Shown piece after piece: positions 35,511 to 42,741 of a stretch of 42,741 bases of DNA. The DNA is from Calditrichia bacterium. GTDB taxonomy: Bacteria; Calditrichota; Calditrichia; RBG-13-44-9; J075. A program made the translations under genes and the position numbers. Location: NCBI GenBank assembly GCA_050633245.1, contig JBOEGD010000034.1, positions 1 through 42,741 on the forward strand. Direction: 5' to 3'. The notes under the pieces are model-generated. The model was not told where the DNA came from and did no database searches. It was given only the letters and a program-made list of their open reading frames with translations. Within the stretch, counting starts at the first letter, position 1. Each line of letters begins with the position of its first letter.

Positions 35511-36857
35511 TTAAATGGAAGGATCAGTTGGCGTGCTGGTATTGTTGACACGCTCAGATGCCGGATACGGATAAAAATTGCGATTCCGTTCAGCATTTGC
35601 TTCGCCCGGTCCCGGACGATTAAAACGACGACTGTCTTCCAAGCGCAAGCCGGACATGTATAGCTCGATGCAGCGCTGACGATAGATCTCTGTAAGAATA
35701 TCTGCCTGTGTCTGCGCCCCATTGTAACCTGCTGCAAAGCCAGCACCAATACCAAACGGATCTGCTGACGGGCTTTTCATGATAACAGCATCAAGCGAAG
35801 AAACCGCATTGGTCAGGTCATCACTTCGTGCATAGGCTTCAGCTTTAATCAGCAGCATCTCGCCCGGTAGATACAGCGGAATTCCATCGCTATTGTCATC
35901 CAGAAAGCCCGCTGCGCGGAAATCCTGCATTGCCGGATTCAGATCTTCAAAATAGAATCCCAAACGCTGATCAGCGGCATCCGGCTGCAAAGCTGCCGGC
36001 AGTCCCAGCGATAAATCGACCGGTTGGAAAACATTATTGGTTAGGATGGACACAAACGCTACCGGATTCGGCGTTACATCGTCATACGCAAACGTAGATG
36101 CTACGCTCAGATCCACCTGATCGGCACTTGAGATAGCATCACTATACCTGCCGAGCATCAAATAATAGCGGGCAAGCAGAGCATTGATAGAATTCGCAAT
36201 GTCGATTGTTCCGGTGGTAGTTTCAAGGAAGTCTGCAGAAATATTTCCTGCCTCATTTCTTCCTGTAACAAGTGTCTGAACCGCTTCATTTAATACATCC
36301 GTACGGGAGAAAAACGCCGCATTCTTTTCAACCATCAGCGGAGCCTGCTCGAAATACTGAACGAGCGTTCCCAGTGCCAACGCCTTGTAGAGACTGGCTG
36401 TAGCAATAAGCCCGGCTCTGACACCGGTATTCGACACTACTTCCGGAGCCTTATCCAGAATAATCTGTGCTTCAGCTCTTGTTAACAACGCCTGCTGCCA
36501 CATATTACTCACAATCCCATTGGCGTTAGTAACTTCATCGCCACCAAGATCCATCTCATTCTCGTCCTGATTTCCAGGATTGATTATCCGCAGCTCATCT
36601 GTTGTAAAGCCTGGTCCGGTGATAATTGTATAAACAGGACTCTGACGACCAACGCTCCAGCGTGATTGCATTCCAACCGCTAAACCGGTTAATCCTTCAG
36701 CGCTTTCTTCTACCTGACTTCCGACCGGATTAGCCGGATCAAGAAATTCTTCAGAGCAGGAGAATACCAACACCGTGAGGCAGGTAAGGAGAATTGTAGC
36801 TGCTTTTGATATATTCAAACGTCTTAGTATCACGAAATTTCTGATATATTCTATCAT
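35511..36857 (-). CDS. susD: SusD/RagB family outer-membrane lipoprotein
   Basis: Lipobox VFSC, ALLARYYL, EMLLIKAEAYAR, IYRQRCIELYMSGLRLEDSRR and YPYPASE motifs; 10 bp downstream of susC. Confidence 0.92.
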   Translation of the reverse strand: MIEYIRNFVILRRLNISKAATILLTCLTVLVFSCSEEFLDPANPVGSQVEESAEGLTGLAVGMQSRWSVGRQSPVYTIITGPGFTTDELRIINPGNQDENEMDLGGDEVTNANGIVSNMWQQALLTRAEAQIILDKAPEVVSNTGVRAGLIATASLYKALALGTLVQYFEQAPLMVEKNAAFFSRTDVLNEAVQTLVTGRNEAGNISADFLETTTGTIDIANSINALLARYYLMLGRYSDAISSADQVDLSVASTFAYDDVTPNPVAFVSILTNNVFQPVDLSLGLPAALQPDAADQRLGFYFEDLNPAMQDFRAAGFLDDNSDGIPLYLPGEMLLIKAEAYARSDDLTNAVSSLDAVIMKSPSADPFGIGAGFAAGYNGAQTQADILTEIYRQRCIELYMSGLRLEDSRRFNRPGPGEANAERNRNFYPYPASERVNNTSTPTDPSI

Positions 36858-36867
36858 TTTCAGCCTC

Positions 36868-39800
36868 CTAGAAGTTTGATGTTAGCGTTACGGAGAAAGT
36901 CCGAGGAATGGGCACTGTTCCGAAATTATAGCGCAAGTATGAGGCTTGCCCAGCCGAATTCACTTCCGGATCGTAACTAAAGTAATCATCAAAAGAATGT
37001 AAATTTCGTCCGGTCAACGTCAGAATTGCTCCATCCATAATCGGGCTGAGAAGGTCTGAGATATCGTAGGACAAACTGATTTCTCTTATTTTTAGATACG
37101 AGCCGTCTTCAATTCTCCACTCTTCAATTGGATAAATTGACCATACCCAACCTCTCGGCAGTTCACCGGTCAATTCCTGCTCGGCAAATTCACCGATACC
37201 AACACCCTGACGCGTTCGTTTATCAGCATCAAAAATATCGAAGCCCTGAACGCCATCTAACAGAAAGCTCAGGCTTAATTTTTTGAAACGATAGTTTCCA
37301 CCAAAAGAGTAAACAAAATCCGGATTCGGATCTCCGATTTTCTTACGTAGGAAATCACCAGTAGGCTGTCCATTGGCATCGCGCATAACCTCACCGGTTT
37401 CTAAGTTACCGCGCTCACGCTGCATAAGGCCATCTTCGGTAAGTAAAAAGTCGCCGTTCGCATCTCGTGCGGAATAAAAACCATAATATACACCAATCGG
37501 CTCACCTTCTTCGATATAGGACGGCACGCTGATGGGTGAGGCGATCTGAAAGCGATCCTGAAATGCTTCCACAACCTCATTGCGATTGCGCGTATAGTTA
37601 AAGAACAGGCTGAAATTGTTATTTTGGGTGCGCAAAGGCGTCGTAGTAAGCAACATCTCGAAGCCTTTATTTTCGAGCGAGCCAACGTTTTCAATAATCG
37701 TCAAGGCACCTTCGGATGCGGCCAGAGTTCTCGGAATAATAAGATCCTTGATCTTAGCCGTATAGTAGGTTGCAGACAGATTGACCCTATCGCTCAGAAA
37801 GCCGGTATCCAGTCCAAACTCCAGCTCTTCGCTGCGCTCGGGCTTAATATCGGCATTACCTTTTTGGCTTCGCAGATTAAATACCGTGGAGCCGGTTAAC
37901 TGTCCCGGGTTATACTGAGTAAACCGCGTGAATGGGCCTATAGCAGTGAGGTTTCCTGATTGTCCCCAGGATGTTCTCAAACGCAAATCGCTCAGGATAC
38001 TGGAAATACCTGATTGTTTCCAGAAGTCTTCGCCGGAAACAAAATAACTCGCACTGAACTTAGGATAGAAGTTCGATTGGTTGTCTTCTGCAAAAGCCGT
38101 CGACGCATCGATACGACCAGCAAGCGTTAGATACAGTGTTTTGTTTAAATCAGCTGTTCCCTGTAAATAATAACCCCAAATATTGGTTTTAGCTTCGGAT
38201 GAAGTAGCCCCAAGAAGATTACTGGCACCGGAAACGGTCTCAACAAATGCTGCCAGATCACGACCTTGAGCTGTCTGCGTCTTCGCGCGATTCAGCTGCG
38301 CATTAAAACCGGCATAAGTGGCCAGTCCCAGCGAAGAACTCAACTGACGGTAGTAGCGAATATTAAGGTCGTTATTTAACTGTGTAATATTATTCTGCGC
38401 TTCACTGGCAAACCCGTCGTTAAAATAACTTGAGTTTACCGGCTCGTATGGATAGGGAGGAATAAATGTCTGACCAGACTGACCATAGGTATCAAGTCCC
38501 AAAATATAGTCAACAGTAAGACCTTTGGCCGGGCTCAAACGCACCTGCGCGTCGGCAATTACGCGATCCACATTCTGAGTAATATCAAATGTTTCAACGA
38601 TAGATGCCGGGTTAACACGCGTTGGCTCTACCGACTGCAGATTACCAAAGTCGTCGCGCTGGGTTATATCATAAATATTGTTCGTAATATTGATAGAGTT
38701 AACCGGACTCCAGAAAACGTTACCGTCCGGTCTTTCATCAGAAAAGCTGTTAATATAGTTAACGCCGACGCCAACCTGCATCCAGCTATTCACGTCTTGC
38801 TGCAGGCGCAGCTTGGCGCTACTGCGATCAAAGCCGGTATTTCTTACGATACCCTCATTAACAGAATGAGAAAGTGACGCAAAGTAGGTCGTATTTCTGG
38901 CGCCACCGGATACAGAGAAGTGGGTATTAAAGCCATTTCCACGATCAAAAACCTGATCTTGATAGTCAAAACGCTCTACGCTCACCTTGTCTGTAGAGAA
39001 GTTGCGACCAACAGTTAAAGCGCCGGTTACCGGATCGGTTCCGGCAATAGGATAAAGACGCTGAGTAGCGCTGCCAAACTGCTCGTTGCGCAAGTTTGTA
39101 TAAACCTTTTTACGCAGGCTATTCGTGTTGTAACCCAGCGTGAGAGAATATCTTGGTTCGCCAACGACACCTTTTTTAGACGAAATCAGCACCACACCAT
39201 TTGCAGCTCGCGAGCCATATATAGCGGCTGCAGCACCACCAGGAATAACCTCAATACTTTCAATATCCTCGGGGTTAATGTCAGCAAGACGATTCTGACC
39301 AATTGATGTTCCAGGGGAAAACACATTCAGGTTGGTAACGTTAGCAGATTGGTTACTAATAACAACACCGTCCAGAACATACAGCGGGTCGGAAGAGCCA
39401 AAGATTGATGACACCCCACGTAGCGTTACGGAAAAGCCTCCGGCAGGGTCACCAGAGTTTTGAGTAACACGTGCACCCGGCACCTTGCCCTGAAGAGCAG
39501 TTGTCAGGTTTTCTTTGTTAGCAAGGTCCTGTGGTTTTATCGTTGTTACTGTATTTCCAAGTTCCTTTCGCGTTGCTCGGATAGTCGAACCGATAACAAC
39601 GATTTCGTCCATAGAAAGGCTGGAAACAGCAAGCTGAAAATCGGCTGTGGCCGTTGCGCCATCGGTAACTATGACTTCCTGAGCAGGGCGCTGGTAACCA
39701 ATAAATTCTACCGTTACCTCATAGGTTCCAACAGGCACATCTTCAATTAGATAGTTACCGCCAACATCAACAGATGCTCCAAGTAATTTACCGGTAACAA

Positions 39801-39945
39801 CAACGTTTGCACCTGGCAGTGGCTCGCCGGTAGAAGCATCGCTTACTGTTCCGGCAATGCTACCCGTTTGAGCAAACACGTTGGCGCTTAAAAAGAACAC
39901 CAGGGAAATGATGCTCCAAATATTTACTGAGTATCGATGTAACAT
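36868..39945 (-). CDS. susC: SusC/RagA family TonB-dependent transporter
   Basis: N-terminal GEPLPGANV domain, ALQGKVPG, DPLYVLDGV, INPEDIESIEV, AAAIYGSRAANGVV, IGDPNPDF, IEDGSYLKIREI, and C-terminal F. Confidence 0.96.
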   Translation of the reverse strand: MLHRYSVNIWSIISLVFFLSANVFAQTGSIAGTVSDASTGEPLPGANVVVTGKLLGASVDVGGNYLIEDVPVGTYEVTVEFIGYQRPAQEVIVTDGATATADFQLAVSSLSMDEIVVIGSTIRATRKELGNTVTTIKPQDLANKENLTTALQGKVPGARVTQNSGDPAGGFSVTLRGVSSIFGSSDPLYVLDGVVISNQSANVTNLNVFSPGTSIGQNRLADINPEDIESIEVIPGGAAAAIYGSRAANGVVLISSKKGVVGEPRYSLTLGYNTNSLRKKVYTNLRNEQFGSATQRLYPIAGTDPVTGALTVGRNFSTDKVSVERFDYQDQVFDRGNGFNTHFSVSGGARNTTYFASLSHSVNEGIVRNTGFDRSSAKLRLQQDVNSWMQVGVGVNYINSFSDERPDGNVFWSPVNSINITNNIYDITQRDDFGNLQSVEPTRVNPASIVETFDITQNVDRVIADAQVRLSPAKGLTVDYILGLDTYGQSGQTFIPPYPYEPVNSSYFNDGFASEAQNNITQLNNDLNIRYYRQLSSSLGLATYAGFNAQLNRAKTQTAQGRDLAAFVETVSGASNLLGATSSEAKTNIWGYYLQGTADLNKTLYLTLAGRIDASTAFAEDNQSNFYPKFSASYFVSGEDFWKQSGISSILSDLRLRTSWGQSGNLTAIGPFTRFTQYNPGQLTGSTVFNLRSQKGNADIKPERSEELEFGLDTGFLSDRVNLSATYYTAKIKDLIIPRTLAASEGALTIIENVGSLENKGFEMLLTTTPLRTQNNNFSLFFNYTRNRNEVVEAFQDRFQIASPISVPSYIEEGEPIGVYYGFYSARDANGDFLLTEDGLMQRERGNLETGEVMRDANGQPTGDFLRKKIGDPNPDFVYSFGGNYRFKKLSLSFLLDGVQGFDIFDADKRTRQGVGIGEFAEQELTGELPRGWVWSIYPIEEWRIEDGSYLKIREISLSYDISDLLSPIMDGAILTLTGRNLHSFDDYFSYDPEVNSAGQASYLRYNFGTVPIPRTFSVTLTSNF

Positions 39946-40435
39946 AAATGTCCTCCATTATGACAATTATATCTTAATTAAAACAGGCCTTCTGCCATGA
40001 AGGGTAATCTCTTCCCTGCTTACGACTAACCTCAGAAAAAATCCTTTCGTTGTCTAAAAGTTGTCGAGCAATATTTAATCTGAATTGATAAGTATATTCC
40101 GAACTGCAATACCACTGCATTCAATAAAACGAATGCATGCGCTAGTTGAGTCAATCAGGTATATGATAAATGCATCACTTAGATTTTAGAGTCATTCGCC
40201 TAAACACAGGCAATTTTAGATGTGTCAGAATAAATTAGCATTAACGTCTTGCAAAAGACTTGAAGAGCGCAAGAGGATCGGAATGAGAGCAGAAAACTAT
40301 CGCTTTTCGTTTGTCTCTCAAAATTAACAACTTAATTGGTACTACATTCCACATTTATTTTAGCAGGAACCGATACTAATTTGTTCCTGCTAATGGCTCA
40401 TGGAATTATTTTTTCTAATAATAGTATCATTATTA

Positions 40436-41557
40436 CTAGTTTGTATCGGAACGAAGGAGCAATTCCCCCCCCGCAATTGTTTCCCACGAATAGATATAAA
40501 AATTCTTGGTTTCGGACATTGCGATGAACAACCCATTTGGGAAATCCGGGCCAAGCGGTAGACTAATTGTCTCCGAGCCATCGCTTTCCTGCGTCATAAC
40601 ATCCACAACCTTAAGCAACTTATGTTCATGTGGATTGTCAGCAGTGCCCTCACGGGGGAAAATTCGAAACTTGTTAGCTTGTTGATCTGAAACCAGAATA
40701 TAGCCCGCCTCGTCATTCAGTTCATAAATGGAAAGACCTTCACGATCACTTGCAAAATCAGACGTTGCAAACAGTGCGAGCTCCTTGGAAGCATCCGGAT
40801 GTGCCGGATCAGCATGGTATTTGCGAACGCCCTTCAGCTCGTCGCTATAGTAGATATAGCCCGGCTTATCGTCCACGACAATGGCTTCAACCTCTCCATC
40901 ACCGCCGCTGTAATCACCAAACTCCCGCACTTTTTTAATAGATATGGAGTTATCGGACTCTGCATTCAGAAGATACTGCCATAAATAACGCCCCGGTGGT
41001 CCGTTCTTTCGACTTAAAACAGCAAATACAGCACCATCAGAAGGGCGTTTATACATACTTATCCCCATTGGTTTACGCTGCTCAGGGGCCTCCGTAGCAA
41101 ATACCGGAATTCCACCATTATCGAGAGGCTCCATTTCGGGCAAGCGAAAAATACGTATTTTGTCTGCACCACGCAGTGTAACAACTGCGATGTCGACAAG
41201 CGTTCCATTTAGGTTGAAGCCATATTCAACGTCTACGTTGTTCGGGCGCTCAAGGTTGCGAATACATTTATCAGATTGAACTTCCCCCTTTAAATTAAAG
41301 ACATAAAGTCCACCAGCAATTCCAACATCACTGTCACCTTTGTCTGTTCCGAGAATCAAACTATTAGCAGGATTATCATGGTTTATCCAGACGGCTGGGT
41401 CATCAGAGTCGCTAGGTACCGAATCCGTGACATAAATTGGCTGTAGTGGACTGGATTCAACTGGTTGTTCTTGGACAGTTGAAGGCTTTTGTTCAGCACA
41501 GCTAAAGGACAAGAGAAGTGTCAGAACTGCAAACAGCAATTTAATATAGAGAGACAT
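40436..41557 (-). CDS. phy: Beta-propeller phytase (3-phytase), lipoprotein
   Basis: Lipobox SFSC, DSDDPAVW, ILGTDK, NNVDVEYGF, EAIVVD, YYSDE, DREGL, LVSDQ and ESDG motifs. Confidence 0.92.
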   Translation of the reverse strand: MSLYIKLLFAVLTLLLSFSCAEQKPSTVQEQPVESSPLQPIYVTDSVPSDSDDPAVWINHDNPANSLILGTDKGDSDVGIAGGLYVFNLKGEVQSDKCIRNLERPNNVDVEYGFNLNGTLVDIAVVTLRGADKIRIFRLPEMEPLDNGGIPVFATEAPEQRKPMGISMYKRPSDGAVFAVLSRKNGPPGRYLWQYLLNAESDNSISIKKVREFGDYSGGDGEVEAIVVDDKPGYIYYSDELKGVRKYHADPAHPDASKELALFATSDFASDREGLSIYELNDEAGYILVSDQQANKFRIFPREGTADNPHEHKLLKVVDVMTQESDGSETISLPLGPDFPNGLFIAMSETKNFYIYSWETIAGGELLLRSDTN

Positions 41558-41692
41558 AATTCACCATTTTAGTTAGGTCTTGTTGGAGTTTGAGGAATAT
41601 ACTTTGTAGCATGTTTATCGGCAAGTATATTGTGCTCTCAGCTGCCGAACGGCTCAAGACATGAACAACTTATTTTCAACGGAGAACTAGAA

Positions 41693-42235
41693 ATGCAAAA
41701 CAATAAAAGTGAACAGGCAACATTTGGCGCAGGATGCTTCTGGTGCGTTGAAGCCGTTTTTCAGCGCCTAAAAGGCGTTAGCGCCGTGGAATCGGGCTAT
41801 ACCGGTGGCGAAACCGTCAATCCAAGCTATGAAGACATTTGTCGGGGAACTACCGGGCATGCCGAAGTCGTAAGAATTTCCTTCGACCCGGATATTATTT
41901 CGTACGAAACACTGTTGACCGTATTATGGCACAGCCACGACCCAACTACGCTAAATCAGCAAGGCGCAGACAAGGGCACGCAGTATCGGTCTGTTATCTA
42001 CTATCACAATGATGAGCAGCGCATACAGGCAGAGACCTCACTTGCGAAAACCGATGCGTCAGATCTCTGGACGAATCCGATTGTAACGGAGATTAGTCCT
42101 CTTGAGGCCTATTATCCGGCAGAACATTATCATCAGAACTATTACAACAACAATTCCTCGCAGGGTTACTGCAACTTTGTAATTGGACCGAAACTTGCAA
42201 AACTCGAAAAAGACTTTGCTCATTTACTCACTTGA
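41693..42235 (+). CDS. msrA: Peptide-methionine (S)-S-oxide reductase
   Basis: GAGCFWCVE, SGYTGG, TGHAE, HDPT, GTQYRS and AEHYHQNYY motifs; GGAGA SD before ATG 41693. Confidence 0.97.
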   Translation: MQNNKSEQATFGAGCFWCVEAVFQRLKGVSAVESGYTGGETVNPSYEDICRGTTGHAEVVRISFDPDIISYETLLTVLWHSHDPTTLNQQGADKGTQYRSVIYYHNDEQRIQAETSLAKTDASDLWTNPIVTEISPLEAYYPAEHYHQNYYNNNSSQGYCNFVIGPKLAKLEKDFAHLLT

Positions 42236-42378
42236 TAACAACATGGATGAAGAAGATAACAACATGGACAAAACAAATGAAAATAGTTGAAACGGACAAT
42301 CAGAACAGGGATAAAACCAATAAAAATAGTTTAAGCAGTTACGACTTGGTGAAACATATAAAAACGAATGAAACAGTT
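42234..42378. repeat. A-rich degenerate direct repeats downstream of msrA
   Basis: GATAACAACATGGA occurs twice (42234-42247, 42255-42268). Three related units: AAACAAATGAAAATAGTT (42271), AAACCAATAAAAATAGTT (42314) and AAACGAATGAAACAGTT (42362). Confidence 0.5.
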
Positions 42379-42741
42379 CCTTTGATAAAGCGCTGAATTA
42401 GATGCCCTGAAATGATACAACCGGTATTTGATTCAGTTGCTTTATCATATCCGCTAGTTACGGGAGTTACTCAACTAAAAGCAAAATTTGGGCAAGAGGT
42501 TGCCTGGAGATAGGCAAAAGTTGCAGGTTTGTAGTTACCCATGCCCATTTATTACTATTCGTATATTTATGAAAGATTGTTCCCCTCGAACCTTTATGCT
42601 TTTGTTTCTACAACCGCACTCCCTAAAGAACGTGCCAAAATGAATGCTATTATCAACCCGTTTATCCTAATAGACCTTACCTCTATCCAACTCGTTTATA
42701 TTAATATATCCACAGCTCCTCCATATTCATCATCCTGTTCA

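Noticed and set aside
40116-40137. TGCATTC-N8-GAATGCA upstream of susC as the same operator as 3027-3051
   Set aside because: Half-site spacing differs (12 versus 9 nt between TGCAT and ATGCA), which is insufficient support.
1062-40984. Numerous short ORFs nested in or antisense to the long genes
   Set aside because: Shadow ORFs fully overlapping well-supported CDSs, with no motifs of their own.
42234-42378. CRISPR array or DGR template repeat
   Set aside because: Repeats are short, degenerate and irregularly spaced; no cas or reverse transcriptase gene and no matching variable repeat in the window.

Overview
This is a gene-dense bacterial chromosomal window. Three proteins end in a 'YPNPFNP'/FlgD-Ig-type T9SS sorting domain and there is a SusC/SusD pair, which suggests an FCB-group organism such as Calditrichota or Ignavibacteriota (inference). 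Metabolic genes: galE, mocA/xdhC-like, GCS2-CBS, sterol desaturase family, acetoacetate-CoA ligase, SDR, MaoC, ATP-grasp, M17 aminopeptidase, beta-propeller phytase and msrA. Envelope genes: two TonB-dependent transporters, and secreted T9SS cargo including an HzsA-like CxxCH protein behind a sigma54-type promoter. An 11-kb sensory cluster holds three paralogous porin-like genes, a lipoprotein, a small periplasmic binding protein, three histidine kinases and a receiver. The most unusual signal is non-coding. On the minus strand, upstream of a soluble slipin/SPFH gene (7289..8392), lies a D-arm-less tRNA-like module (8710..8776). It is followed by a ~250-nt multi-stem RNA (8436..8688) closed by a 17-bp helix that resembles the Ro60-binding stem of Y RNAs and contains an internal 21-nt repeat. 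I found no integrase, transposase, CRISPR array, rRNA or canonical tRNA.
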